Positions 1 to 14,964 are shown, counted from the whole stretch's first letter. The stretch is DNA of 62,481 bases, filler included, from Anaerolineae bacterium (GCA_029262755.1; 6 parts of 6 records of this genome joined end to end with filler, not necessarily neighbours in it), one strand, 5' to 3'. The notes: generated from the sequence alone by a model not told the origin. Translations and numbers: made by a program.

Positions 1-68
1 CTGCGACGGCGGCTGCGGCTGCGACGGCGGCTGCGGCTGCGACGGCTGCGGCTACCGTCACACCCTAA
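1..68 (+). CDS. Probable 3' end of an upstream gene (Ala/Thr-rich tail ...ATAAAAATAAAAATAAATVTP*), truncated by the window
   Basis: Frame 3 is open from the window edge to TAA at 66-68. The CTGCG(A/G)CGG repeats read as Ala/Thr codons and a hairpin follows the stop. Confidence 0.35.
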   Translation, partial: ATAAAAATAAAAATAAATVTP

Positions 69-143
69 GCTCGGAGCGACGCCTCCGAGCCAGCACCATC
101 GTTCCCCCGAAACAGGAGCGGGGAGGGCCGAAGCCCTCCCCGC
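69..143. other. Two GC-rich hairpins (possible terminator or structured RNA)
   Basis: GCTCGGAG/CTCCGAGC at 69-90. 11-bp stem GCGGGGAGGGC/GCCCTCCCCGC at 118-143, with a cUUCGg loop when read on the minus strand. No long U-tract. Confidence 0.45.
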
Positions 144-389
144 CACCGGGCGCTGCGGTCGCCGGCGCACCCGATGCCTGTTCTAACACGCCGGACCATG
201 GTGGCGGACAGGTCCTTGAGAAGTAGCGCGGCACGTCCGATTCACCACGCCGGGCCTCGCTCTGGCCGCGCGCGCCACGGTCCGATCTCGGTCACCCGTT
301 CGTGCGGCGCGCGCGCGTGTCGCGGATGTGTCCGCATCGTGTCGCTTGCTCCCTCCCCGCATGGCCCCATGGTCGCCTACGCTCCGCGC

Positions 390-3062
390 ATGCCCTCCGC
401 CAACGTGGTCACGCCCCTGGCGCGCGCGGCCATGGCGTGGCTCGCGGGAATGACCGTCGCGTCGTTGGTCGCGCCGTTTCCGGGCGATCCGCGGCCACGG
501 GCCCAGTGGATTGCGCTGGGCGCCGGTCTCGCTGCGCTCGCGGTCGCGGCGTACGGCTATGGGTCGCAGCGCGGCTCACGCAGCGCTGCTCGGTCGGCAC
601 TCTTACTCGGCATGGCCTTGCTCGGCGGCGGGCGTCATCTCGCGGCGTTGCTCGACATATCGGCCGATCCGCTGGTGGCGCGCGCGGACGCAGGCCCGAG
701 ACGGGTGCGGGGTGTGGTCAGCCTCGATCCGGACCGCAGGGACACCGGCGTCGCCTACCGCATCCGGGTCGAGGCGATTGCGGAGCTAGAGGACCGCGGT
801 GGGTCGAACGGCGGTGGGTCGAACGGCGATGGAAGCGACGGAGGCGACGGTCACGAAGCACCGAACCCGTGGCGGCCCGCAGACGGCCTGGTCCTGGTCC
901 ACGGTCCGCGCTTTCCCGTGTATGCCTACGGTGATCGTCTCGAGTTGGAGGGCATGCTCAAGCGGCCACCGCAGCTCGACGGCTTCGACTATCGTGCCTG
1001 GCTTGCGCGCAAGGGCATCTACGTCGAGATGCGCCGCGCGCACGTTCGGCGGTTGGAGAGCCGCGGCGGCTCCTGGTTCGGCAGAGTGCTCGTCGGCTTC
1101 CGCGGCCACGCGCGCTCGGCATTGCAGCGATCCGTGCCCGCGCCGGAGAGCGCGCTGGCTGTCGGAATTCTTCTCGGCGACGCACGCGGGATCCCGCGCG
1201 ACGTGGACGAAGCGTTTCGGATCACGAACACGACCCACGTCATCGCGATCTCCGGCAGCAACATCGCGCTGCTCGTCGTCGCCTTGCAGCTCGGGCTCGG
1301 GGGCGTCTTCGGGCGCAGGCGGGCGGCGCCGTTCGTGGTCGGCGGCGTGATCGCCTACACCGCGATGGTCGGCGCGGACGCCGCGGTGGTACGGGCCGCG
1401 ATCATGGGCACGTTGCTCGTCGTCGCGGACGTGGCCGGACGACCGGCGCACGCGATGACGGCGCTGCTCGCAGCCGCTCTGGGGATGACGGTCGTGCAAC
1501 CACTGTGGCTTGGCGATCTAGGCTTCCAGCTGTCGTTTGCGGCAACGGCGGGGCTGATCGTCCTGGCGGCGCCCATGGGTGAGGCGGGGCGGCAGTGGTT
1601 GGCCGACCGTTTAGGCTGGCGGCCGAAGCGTGCGGCCGCACGCTTCCTCGACGAGGCCCTATGGGTCACGTTGGCCGCACAGTTGGCCACGTGGCCCTTG
1701 ATCGCGTGGCACACCGGTCAGCTTTCGTTGGCCGGGCTCGCGGCCAACGCGCTGATCGTGCCCGTCCAGCCGGCCGTTATGGGCCTCGGCGCGCTCACGG
1801 CCTTCGGAGGCACGTTGTGGGCGCCGCTCGGGCGCGTGTTCGGCACGCTGGCCTGGCTGCCCTTGGCCTGGACGATCCGCAGCGTCGAGTGGGTGGCGAC
1901 GTGGCCGGGCGCCGCGGTCGCGTGGCAGCCGTCCGCGACGCTCGTCGTCGCCTGGTACGTTGCGCTGGCGGTCGGTGTCGCCCTGGCGACGGATTCGGGC
2001 CGCGCTACGGCGACGCGACTCTTCGACGCGGCGCGCACCGCAGCGCATGACATGCCACGCTGGGTTGCCCGGTTGCGCGCGTCCCGCAAGGCCCGCCGTC
2101 GGCCCTCCGCTGCGTTCCCGACGGCGCTGGGCACCCTGTGCGTGTTGGCGTGGAGCGGCGCGCGCCACCAACCGGACGGATTAATGCACTTGGACGTCCT
2201 CGACGTCGGTCAGGGTGATGCGCTCTGGGTGGAGACGCCCAACGGTCGACGGATGCTCGTCGACGGTGGGCCCTCACCGTCGGCCGTGCTCGCCGCGCTC
2301 GGGCGGCGGAAGGCGCCGTGGGACCGTCGCGTGGACGTCGTCGTGTTGACCCACCCGGACGCCGACCACGTGGCGGGCTTGCCCGCCGTGCTCGCCCGCT
2401 ACCGCGTCGGCCTCGTCGTGGGGCCGGGCGTGGCACACGACACACCGGACGGGCGGGCGTGGGAAGCGGCCGTGCGGACGGAGGGAGAGGAAGGGGCCGA
2501 GCGTATCCGTGCGCGCGCGGGTGACGTGATCGTGCTCGACGAAGCGGCCGGTGTCCGCGCGGTCGTGCTATGGCCGACGGCCGACGTTGCCATGCTGGGT
2601 GGCGCGAGCGCGACGTCCCGAGGCGGGGGCGCTGTGGGCAACGGCGCCGCGAACGCGATCGATGCATCGACCGCCTCGACGGCATCGCCGTGGAGCGTCA
2701 ACGATCGCTCGGTCGTGTTGCGGCTGGAGTACGGTCGTCGATCCGCGCTGCTGACCGGTGACATCAGCGAGGTGGTCGAGGAACGTCTGGTCGCGAGCGG
2801 GGCCGAATTGCGCTCTGACGTGCTCAAGGTGCCGCATCACGGCAGCGACAGCTCGTCGAGCCCCGCGTTTCTGGCCCGGATCCGACCCCGGGTGGCGCTG
2901 ATCGGGGTCGGTGCGGACAACCGCTTCGATCACCCGCGTCCGATCGTGCTCGAACGCCTTGCGTCGCTAGCGGACGGTCCCGCGTCGGTCCGACGCACCG
3001 ACCAAGACGGCGAGCTGCGGATGACGACGGATGGCCGCGATTGGTGGCTACGTGACCGGTGA
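390..3062 (+). CDS. comEC: DNA internalization competence protein ComEC/Rec2
   Basis: OB-like region (GFDYRAWL), competence TM domain (HVIAISGSN, RAAIMG, GFQLSF) and metallo-beta-lactamase domain (LDVGQGDA, THPDADH, KVPHHGS). Start moved from 174 to ATG 390, which lies 6 nt after a TACGCT -10-like box. Confidence 0.95.
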   Translation: MPSANVVTPLARAAMAWLAGMTVASLVAPFPGDPRPRAQWIALGAGLAALAVAAYGYGSQRGSRSAARSALLLGMALLGGGRHLAALLDISADPLVARADAGPRRVRGVVSLDPDRRDTGVAYRIRVEAIAELEDRGGSNGGGSNGDGSDGGDGHEAPNPWRPADGLVLVHGPRFPVYAYGDRLELEGMLKRPPQLDGFDYRAWLARKGIYVEMRRAHVRRLESRGGSWFGRVLVGFRGHARSALQRSVPAPESALAVGILLGDARGIPRDVDEAFRITNTTHVIAISGSNIALLVVALQLGLGGVFGRRRAAPFVVGGVIAYTAMVGADAAVVRAAIMGTLLVVADVAGRPAHAMTALLAAALGMTVVQPLWLGDLGFQLSFAATAGLIVLAAPMGEAGRQWLADRLGWRPKRAAARFLDEALWVTLAAQLATWPLIAWHTGQLSLAGLAANALIVPVQPAVMGLGALTAFGGTLWAPLGRVFGTLAWLPLAWTIRSVEWVATWPGAAVAWQPSATLVVAWYVALAVGVALATDSGRATATRLFDAARTAAHDMPRWVARLRASRKARRRPSAAFPTALGTLCVLAWSGARHQPDGLMHLDVLDVGQGDALWVETPNGRRMLVDGGPSPSAVLAALGRRKAPWDRRVDVVVLTHPDADHVAGLPAVLARYRVGLVVGPGVAHDTPDGRAWEAAVRTEGEEGAERIRARAGDVIVLDEAAGVRAVVLWPTADVAMLGGASATSRGGGAVGNGAANAIDASTASTASPWSVNDRSVVLRLEYGRRSALLTGDISEVVEERLVASGAELRSDVLKVPHHGSDSSSSPAFLARIRPRVALIGVGADNRFDHPRPIVLERLASLADGPASVRRTDQDGELRMTTDGRDWWLRDR

Positions 3063-3157
3063 CCCGGTGGAGCAGACCGACTTGACGCACACCAAACGGG
3101 CGAGGTGTTGCAAGCTAGGCTGAGCGCTGTGCCCTGAGCCCTGTGCCCTGTGTGCCC

Positions 3158-4657
3158 TCAGTCTCCGGAAGGCAACGACAGACAGACGCAGGTGCCGCCC
3201 ATGGGCGACGGCTCGATCCAGCAGCGGCCGCCGAGGCGCCAAGCGATGTTGGCCACCAAGCTCAAGCCGACACCGGCGCCGGGCACTTCGCCCGCGCCGA
3301 CGCGGTCGATTTGGTACATCGGCTGCCACACGCGCTCCTGGAGCTCCTCCGGAATGCCGGGCCCGTCGTCCATGACGCATAGGTGCACCCGTTCGTCCTC
3401 GGCCGAGTCGAGCTGAACGGTGACATTGGGGGCGCGCCGCGGATGGAATTTGATCGCATTGCCCAACAACTGCAACAGCACCAACTGCAGCGCGTCCGCA
3501 CCGATGCGCGGAGCAAGGTCCGTATTCCACTTCGTGCGGATCGCAAGGGGAGACATGCCCAGGTCGGAGGCCACCTCACGGGTCACGCGCTCCATGACCA
3601 TCATGGAACTGACCTGTGCCCCGGCAGTGCTCAGGGGTCGGTCCATCAACTCCGCCAGCTGCAGAAGTTGGTCCGTATCGCGCTGTAGGCGGGCTAGGGC
3701 CCCGTCCAGCTGCTCGCGAAATCGCGGCCAGTCGGGATCGTCGGTCGTCATATAGCCCTGCGTCAATAGCTCGATAGGCGTGCGTACCATCGCTAGCGGC
3801 GTGCGCAGTTTGTGGTTCATCAACCCGAGGAGCGTCACGGCCTGACCCATCGTGTTCTGTAGTGCGGTGACATTCTCCAAGCGCGCCATCCATCGAACCG
3901 GATCGCCGGGCGCCTCCGGCATGGGCGACAAGTTCAGCCGCAGCCAGAGCGCCGAGATCGCGGTCTGTTCCGGTCGTACGAGCGTCAGCTCGTGGCCCTC
4001 ACGCGTCGCTGCCAGGTCGGACCAATTCACGCGGGGTCGCACCCGAAAGGTCTTGTCGATCAATTCGGAAAGCAAGGGTCCCGGCTGCTCATCACCCGGC
4101 GGGCCGAGCCAGCTAACCCCGACCCGATTGGCGCCGAGGACGCGTAGATCGCGATCGAGCCAGACGTAGCCGTCCTTGCTGTTCTCTACGGTCCACGCGA
4201 AGCGTTCCCTTGCCTGGATCTGACGACGCATGCGCCCAAGGCGAATGGTCGTCCGGACGCGGGCGCGCAACTCTTCCAAATCGACGGGCTTGGTGAGGAA
4301 ATCGTCCGCTCCGGCCTCCAGGCCGCGCAGACGCGAGCTGCGATCGTCCAACGACGTCACGAGCAACACGGGCAGGTCGCGCCATTGCGGATCGGCGCGC
4401 AGCCGTTCCAACACGGCGAAGCCATCCATGTCGGGCATCATCACATCGAGCAGGAGCATGTCGGGCCGAATCTCGTCCAGCATCGCGAGGGCCGCAGCAC
4501 CGTGCTCCGCGTCGAAGATCTTGTAGCCGAGAGGCTCAAGAAGGCCGCGCAACGTCACTCGGACCATGGGCTGGTCGTCGACGATCAGGACACGCCCTTC
4601 AACCTTCACCATAGGGTGACCGTTGACGATGCTCGACGTGTCGGACTCGGTGGGCAC
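3158..4657 (-). CDS. Cytoplasmic hybrid signalling protein: receiver, PAS-like region and histidine kinase
   Basis: Receiver motifs LIVDD, LLDVMMP and DFLTKP. H-box NHKLRTPL, N-box LGNAIKF, and G-boxes DDGPGI and GAGVGLS. Confidence 0.9.
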   Translation of the reverse strand: MPTESDTSSIVNGHPMVKVEGRVLIVDDQPMVRVTLRGLLEPLGYKIFDAEHGAAALAMLDEIRPDMLLLDVMMPDMDGFAVLERLRADPQWRDLPVLLVTSLDDRSSRLRGLEAGADDFLTKPVDLEELRARVRTTIRLGRMRRQIQARERFAWTVENSKDGYVWLDRDLRVLGANRVGVSWLGPPGDEQPGPLLSELIDKTFRVRPRVNWSDLAATREGHELTLVRPEQTAISALWLRLNLSPMPEAPGDPVRWMARLENVTALQNTMGQAVTLLGLMNHKLRTPLAMVRTPIELLTQGYMTTDDPDWPRFREQLDGALARLQRDTDQLLQLAELMDRPLSTAGAQVSSMMVMERVTREVASDLGMSPLAIRTKWNTDLAPRIGADALQLVLLQLLGNAIKFHPRRAPNVTVQLDSAEDERVHLCVMDDGPGIPEELQERVWQPMYQIDRVGAGEVPGAGVGLSLVANIAWRLGGRCWIEPSPMGGTCVCLSLPSGD

Positions 4658-4769
4658 AGCACACTCCGGTTAGGGTTCGCCCGGTGATAAGATCCGCAGA
4701 CCGAGGAAGCGCCCGAGGTAGGGACCCGCTGATACTAGGTGGCGCGACGCGCGCGCGCCTTGCAACGGG

Positions 4770-5954
4770 TTAGTATCGCGTCTCGACGGCGGCCGGGAGG
4801 AGCTGCTGCTCCAGGGCCGCGATCAAGGCATCGACATCCGCGTGATCGTTGTAGCCTTGCATGGACACGCGCAAAACAGTGCGCCCGTTCCACGCGTACA
4901 CCGGAACCTCGACGCGGTGTGACGCATAGAGCCGCGCTGCCAGATCAAACGGATCGTCCCACGCAACCGTGACCGCCTCCATCTGACGCGTCCACGCCGG
5001 ATCGTCGGGATGCAGGGCCTCGACGCCCGGCAAGGCGAGCAACCGTGCTCGTGCTTCGCGCAGCAGCCGCGCCGAACGCTCCCTCACCCGCGGCCAATCG
5101 TGCTCGCGTTGAAAGTCGATTGCAGCGGGTACGGCCAAGAAGGGCGCCAGATCGCGCGTGCCGGTGTGCTCCAGCTGGTCGATGAAGGGCGAAACCGAGG
5201 GCCGCCACGATTCCGGTTGCCAGCCCCATCCGATGATCAGGGGCTCCAACTGGTGCTGCACCTCGCGACGCGCGTAGAGGAAGCCGGCTCCCTTGGGGCC
5301 GCACATCCACTTGTGGCAGTTCCCGGCATAGAAATCCGCGCCGATGGCGCGCAGGTCGAGCGGCAGCTGTCCCGGACCATGGGCGCCGTCGACGAGCGTC
5401 AGCACGCCGGCCGCGCGAGCGCGGCGGCAGAGCCCCTCGATCGGCAGCACGAGGCCGGTGGGCGAGGTGATATGGCTGACCATCAAGAGGCGCGTGCGCG
5501 GTCCGACCGCCGACCAGACGGCGTCCTCGAAGGCCTCGGCCGTCGTGACGGGGGCGTCGATGGCCACGGTACGCAGGCTCGCGCCGCGCTTGGCGCACAA
5601 GAAGCGCAGCGCACGTTCACACGCGCCGTACTCGTGATCCGTGATCAGAACCTCATCACCAGGGCCGAGCGACACGCTGCGCGCAACCAGATTGACGCCG
5701 GTCGTGGCGTTCGATACGTAGACAAGGTCGTCCGTGTCACAGCCGACGTAGTCCGCCAACCGCGCTCGCGCCGCGGCCATCAGGTCGAAGTAGCGCCGCC
5801 CGAGGAAGGCGACCGGCTGACGCTCCAGCTCGCGCTGCCAAGCCTGGTAGACCTCGAAGACCGGTCGCGGGCAGGCACCGAAGGAACCATGGTTTAGAAA
5901 GACCACGTCCTCGTCGAGCAGAAAGAGCTCGCGCAGCGCGCGGGCGTCGCTCAC
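4770..5954 (-). CDS. Class-V PLP-dependent enzyme (isopenicillin N epimerase / L-cysteine desulfhydrase-like)
   Basis: FLNHGSFGACP, SHITSPTG, VDGAH and the PLP-lysine motif GNCHKWMCGPKG. Confidence 0.9.
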   Translation of the reverse strand: MSDARALRELFLLDEDVVFLNHGSFGACPRPVFEVYQAWQRELERQPVAFLGRRYFDLMAAARARLADYVGCDTDDLVYVSNATTGVNLVARSVSLGPGDEVLITDHEYGACERALRFLCAKRGASLRTVAIDAPVTTAEAFEDAVWSAVGPRTRLLMVSHITSPTGLVLPIEGLCRRARAAGVLTLVDGAHGPGQLPLDLRAIGADFYAGNCHKWMCGPKGAGFLYARREVQHQLEPLIIGWGWQPESWRPSVSPFIDQLEHTGTRDLAPFLAVPAAIDFQREHDWPRVRERSARLLREARARLLALPGVEALHPDDPAWTRQMEAVTVAWDDPFDLAARLYASHRVEVPVYAWNGRTVLRVSMQGYNDHADVDALIAALEQQLLPAAVETRY

Positions 5955-7177
5955 CCGTCCCCCTCGCCGCCACCACCAACGGTGCCGTCGAGCGCAAGGT
6001 CGGTCTCGACGGGCGCGTCGTAGTCCACGCCGTCGATGTCGAAGCCGAAGAGCTGGCGGAAGCCGCGCCGGTACTCGTCGTAGCCGGCGAGCGAATCGAG
6101 GGTGTCGGTTGCCAGGCGCGTCCAGCGCATACGGATCAACATCTGGATGTCGTCGCGCATCTCGAGGTCATCGAGGCGGATGCGGTTGTGGTCGTCGGTG
6201 GTCGGCTCCTTTTCGGGGCCGAGATGTTGCTTGAACAGCCGCACGATCTGGTGAATCGGATCTTCGTGGATTCGCTGTTCGCGCATGACCTTGTAGGCCG
6301 TGCTGATGTACAAGGGCACCGCCGGGATCGCCGCCGCCGCTTGCGTGACGACGGACTTGTTGACCGAGACCCAACAGCCACCGCCGATCTCATTCGACAA
6401 GCGATCGTTCAGCACTTGGCAGTGATGCTCGAGGTCTTCCTTCGCCTTGCCGATCGTGCCGTGGTGATAGATCGGCCACGTCAGATCGGGGCCGATGTAG
6501 GAGTAGGCCACCACGCGTGCACCGTGCGCAAGCAACCCTGCCTGCAGCAATGTGTCGACCCAGCGGGTCAGATCCTCGCCGCCCATAACCTTGACGGTTG
6601 CGGCGATCTCTTCGTCGGTCGCCGGATCGATCTCGACGTCAGAAACTTGGTCCGTCGCGAGGTCCATCGACTTGATCTTCAGCGGCTTGCCGATGGGCTT
6701 GAGCACCGACCGGTGGAGCTCGCCGCTGACCGGATCGAGGCGCGCGGGCGCCGCGATGCTGTAGACCACGGTATCCAACGGGCCCATCTCGTCGCGGATG
6801 AGCGCAATCGCCTCTTCGAGGACCTCTTTGGAAAACGCGTCACCGTTGATGTTGTGCGCCGCTAGCCCTTCAGCCTGCGCCGCCTCCGTGAAGGCAGCTG
6901 AGTTGTACCAGCCTGCCGACGCCGTTCGCTTGCCCTTCGGCGGGCGTTCGTAGAACACGCCGAGCGAGTCCTTGCCGTAGCCGAAGGCGCCGACGATGCG
7001 GGACGCAAGGCCGTAGCCGGTGGAGCTACCGAGCACGAGCATGCGTCCGCCGGGACGCGGCTCAGGGGCCTTGCGGGCCAACGCGATTTGGTCCGCGACC
7101 GACTTCCGGCAGCCTGCGGGATGTGCGGTGGTGCACAGGAAGCCGCGAATCCGTGGCTCAACGACCTGTTCGGGCAT
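5951..7177 (-). CDS. fabV: Enoyl-ACP / trans-2-enoyl-CoA reductase, FabV family
   Basis: HPAGC, GSSTGYGLASRI, INGDAFS, VMGGED, catalytic region YSYIGP...IYHHGTIGKAK and FGF..DGVDY. GGAGG SD precedes ATG 7177. Confidence 0.93.
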   Translation of the reverse strand: MPEQVVEPRIRGFLCTTAHPAGCRKSVADQIALARKAPEPRPGGRMLVLGSSTGYGLASRIVGAFGYGKDSLGVFYERPPKGKRTASAGWYNSAAFTEAAQAEGLAAHNINGDAFSKEVLEEAIALIRDEMGPLDTVVYSIAAPARLDPVSGELHRSVLKPIGKPLKIKSMDLATDQVSDVEIDPATDEEIAATVKVMGGEDLTRWVDTLLQAGLLAHGARVVAYSYIGPDLTWPIYHHGTIGKAKEDLEHHCQVLNDRLSNEIGGGCWVSVNKSVVTQAAAAIPAVPLYISTAYKVMREQRIHEDPIHQIVRLFKQHLGPEKEPTTDDHNRIRLDDLEMRDDIQMLIRMRWTRLATDTLDSLAGYDEYRRGFRQLFGFDIDGVDYDAPVETDLALDGTVGGGGEGDG

Positions 7178-7249
7178 GTCGGCCTCCACGCGTGGTGTTC
7201 GGGGCTCGGGCATGCGCCCCACGGGCTGGTTTCGGCCGCTAGCTTCGCC

Positions 7250-8395
7250 CTAGAGGCGGCCGTCGATCGCTCGCTGGAAGAGATCCTCGTACTGCTCGGC
7301 GGTCTTCCGCGGGTCGAAGGTCTGCATCGCGACGTCGTGAAAGCCGCGGTAGTGGTCGAGGTTTGTCGCGACTTGGATGATGCCCGCAGCCAGGGCGTCC
7401 GCGTCTCGTGCGGCAACGATCTCGCCCATGCCCGTGACCTTCACGATCTCACGGGCGCCGGGGATGTCCGCGGTCACGAGCGGTGTGCCGGCCCGCACCG
7501 ACTCGATCTGCGTCGAGGGGAAGCAGTCGGAGCGGCTCGGCAACGCGAAGAGATCGATCAGACCGTAGAAATCCGCCATGCGCTGATCGTCCGTGATCAG
7601 GCCGAGCATCGTGAAGTGGTCGGAGACCGCTTCGAGCTTCTCCCGGTGCGTGTCGTAGAAGCCCTCATAGGGAATCTGTTCTTCGCCCGCGAAGACGAAG
7701 TGCACGTCGGGCAGCTGCTCGATGATCGCTGGGGCCGCCTCGAGCAGGAAGTCGAAGCCTTTCTCTTCCACGAAGCGCCCGGCGAAGCCGACGAGCGTCT
7801 TGCCGTCCAAGCCGAGCTCGTGTCGCCAGGCCGCCACGCGTGTCGGATCGGGCGGCGGTTGGTCGACGGGCGCATAGATGAAGTGAAGCTTGTCCCACAG
7901 GGGCCGCAGCAAGGCGCTGCTGGCCGCGTAGTCGCGCGTCTGCGGGATCACACCGCTTGCGATGCGACCAGCCAGACCGGTCGAGGCGTAGTAGCCTGCC
8001 TCGAGGGGTCGCTTCGAGACCCCCTTCGGTAGCACGAGGTCGCCGTTGTGCGTCAGGAACACCTCGGCACCGCGCGCCCGCGCCAGGGCGGTCGCCGGCA
8101 ACACCTCGGGAAACGGGATGTGGATGCTCACCACGTCCGTCTCCGCGAGCAGCTCGCCCAGTCGCGGCAACAAGCGCGGCGCGATCGCCGAGCGGCTCAA
8201 CGAGTAGGGCGCGGGCACCCTGTGCACGAGCACGCCACGGTGCACCTCCTCGAGGGGCAACGATGGTTCGTGCTGCGTGGCCAAGGCGTGAACCGTATGC
8301 CCACGCCGCGCCAGCCCTTCCGCGATGCGGCGGGCGTAGGCGGTGAGACCGGTCCAATGAGGCCAGTAGTAGGTCTGCAGAAATAGAACACGCAT
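7250..8395 (-). CDS. Glycosyltransferase family 4
   Basis: GT-B signatures GFAGRFVEEKG, LPSRSDCFPSTQIES and PLVTADIPGAREIV. Confidence 0.9.
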   Translation of the reverse strand: MRVLFLQTYYWPHWTGLTAYARRIAEGLARRGHTVHALATQHEPSLPLEEVHRGVLVHRVPAPYSLSRSAIAPRLLPRLGELLAETDVVSIHIPFPEVLPATALARARGAEVFLTHNGDLVLPKGVSKRPLEAGYYASTGLAGRIASGVIPQTRDYAASSALLRPLWDKLHFIYAPVDQPPPDPTRVAAWRHELGLDGKTLVGFAGRFVEEKGFDFLLEAAPAIIEQLPDVHFVFAGEEQIPYEGFYDTHREKLEAVSDHFTMLGLITDDQRMADFYGLIDLFALPSRSDCFPSTQIESVRAGTPLVTADIPGAREIVKVTGMGEIVAARDADALAAGIIQVATNLDHYRGFHDVAMQTFDPRKTAEQYEDLFQRAIDGRL

Positions 8396-8407
8396 AGGCG
8401 GGCGATT

Positions 8408-10135
8408 CTAGCGGCAACCCACCGCGCCGGCCACCGATCGGTAAATCGCGACCAAATCGGCGGCGGTTCGGGCAACCCATAAACGCCCCGGCGGCTGCGC
8501 GACGGACTCGAGCAACGCGCGATCCGCATTGTCGCCGAGCGCCACGGCATGGAGGATGACACCCTGGGCTTTCGCCCGTGCCACCGCGGCATAGATCTCT
8601 GCGCGCGCCTCGCGTTGCTGCCCGTCGGTCAGCAACACGATCACCTTGCGGTTGTCGTCGCCCCGATCACCCGTGAGCGCATCGAGGCCGACACGCAATC
8701 CCGCGTCGATGCGCGTTCCGCTCCCGACCGTAATGCCACGCAGCGCACGCCGCAGCGCCGCCGCATCGCGCGTGAGCGGTTGCGCAAGTCGGGCCGAGGC
8801 GTCGTAGTTCACCACGGCCGCACGGTCCCCGCGCGGCGCGAGCTGCAGCAACTCGACGAAGGCTTCCGCACCCGCCACGGCCTGAGCCAGCTTGTCACCG
8901 GTCATGCTGTTCGAGGCGTCCAACACGAGGGCGACGTCGGCGTGGCGGGTCGCGGGGAAGCACCAGTTGTTCACCGTGAAGGGCAGGTGGATGTGTCGTA
9001 TCGTAGGCGCATACACTTCGACGATCGCCCGATCGACCCGTTGCCGACGGCGCGTCCCGTCCCCGTCGGCAAACTCGATCCACAGATCGGCCGACGGTGT
9101 GAGGCTTCCGGTGCGCGCGATGCGTACCTGGCGGGTCCACGTTACGGGCTCGGCCGCCAGGAAGGTGCGGCGTTGGGTCAGCAGCGCGCCGCGCGGAATG
9201 GGGTCGTTGGGCACTCCGGTGCCCGGCAGTTGCTCCACCCCGGGCGCGGGCAGCTCGATCAACTGCAGGTCGGTCACCTGCATCTCTCGGATAAGGCTGG
9301 CGATCTGCTCGTAGATCGCCGCCAGATCGTCCTTGGTCGGCGCGTCGTAGTAGCGTTCGGGATCGTCGGTCAGCCGGCGCAGTGATTCGCGCGCCGCATC
9401 GACGCCCAAGCCGATCGCAAACAGCACGATGCCCGCGGCGCGCGCGTCGGCCGCCGCCTGCAACATCGCGTCCTCGCTCGACTGGCGGCCGTCGGTCAGC
9501 AACACGACGACACCCACCGCCCCGCGCCGCCCGGTCTGGTCGATCTCGCGCTGCGCCATCCGGATCGCGGCGCCGATGTTCGTACCGCCCGACGGCTGGC
9601 CCGTTTCGCTCAACGCGGAGCTCAGCCGATCGGAACGGTCCGTGAGGGGCTGCGCCACCCACGGCGTGTCGCTGAAAGCGATCAGCCCAACCCGGTGCCG
9701 CGTGAAGTCGATCTCGACCAGGAACTGCTCGACCGCGGCACGCGCCGCTTCGTGCTTGCCGCCCTCGCCCATCGAGGAAGATCCGTCGATCAACAAGAAG
9801 ATGTCGGTGCGCGCCCGCGCCTCGGCCGGGCAATCCGCGGTCAGCGAAACGCTGAGGCGCAGCGGCTGCCAGCGCTCCACACGTTGCGGCGCGGCGGACT
9901 GCCGCCCTTGGATCGTGCACTGACCCTCACCGCTGGTGACGGTGGGCGTAGCGGTCGGCTCGGGCAGGTATGGCGTGGACGTCGCCGTGGGGCTCGGCGC
10001 CGGTTGGGCGGCAATCGGCGCGCCTTCGCGCGCGGTACGCAACACGAAGAGCCCGGCCGTCGCCGCGACGATAGCCAGGCCGAGCACAACACGCTTCCCG
10101 TTGAAGTGGGTTTCGTCGAACAGGGGCAGCTGCAT
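8408..10135 (-). CDS. Secreted or membrane-anchored protein with two VWA domains
   Basis: N-terminal hydrophobic segment, PT-rich linker, two MIDAS motifs (DGSSSM, DASNSM), each followed by T.I..A/G and LLTDG. Confidence 0.88.
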   Translation of the reverse strand: MQLPLFDETHFNGKRVVLGLAIVAATAGLFVLRTAREGAPIAAQPAPSPTATSTPYLPEPTATPTVTSGEGQCTIQGRQSAAPQRVERWQPLRLSVSLTADCPAEARARTDIFLLIDGSSSMGEGGKHEAARAAVEQFLVEIDFTRHRVGLIAFSDTPWVAQPLTDRSDRLSSALSETGQPSGGTNIGAAIRMAQREIDQTGRRGAVGVVVLLTDGRQSSEDAMLQAAADARAAGIVLFAIGLGVDAARESLRRLTDDPERYYDAPTKDDLAAIYEQIASLIREMQVTDLQLIELPAPGVEQLPGTGVPNDPIPRGALLTQRRTFLAAEPVTWTRQVRIARTGSLTPSADLWIEFADGDGTRRRQRVDRAIVEVYAPTIRHIHLPFTVNNWCFPATRHADVALVLDASNSMTGDKLAQAVAGAEAFVELLQLAPRGDRAAVVNYDASARLAQPLTRDAAALRRALRGITVGSGTRIDAGLRVGLDALTGDRGDDNRKVIVLLTDGQQREARAEIYAAVARAKAQGVILHAVALGDNADRALLESVAQPPGRLWVARTAADLVAIYRSVAGAVGCR

Positions 10136-10359
10136 GGGGTGAAGCGCCTCCGGGGGGGTAGAGGGTCGGCTTCGGTGCACGCGGACCGCTCACGCGGCCT
10201 CGCTTCATGGTAGACGTCGAACCCACCCCGGACGCTACGGCGGATCCGCGCCTTGCGCAGCAAACAGGGGGCGTGCGCAGCGAGCAAGGTGCTTGCGCCG
10301 GGCCTAGCCGCTATGCGCCGTCCGTACGATCGACCGAATTCGTTACCCTACCCAGCCGT

Positions 10360-14882
<4,523 letters not shown>

Positions 14883-14964
14883 GGGGGCAGTCTCCGCGAC
14901 AACGACCGTCCGGCCTTCGATACCGGGCGGCGAATCCGCGCAATGATACCTCAACGGCGAACGC

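Noticed and set aside
3120..3160. Short TGTGCCCT repeats, and similar CGACGGCGG repeats at ~55860-55915
   Set aside because: Short, irregular GC-rich microrepeats between convergent genes with no evident function.
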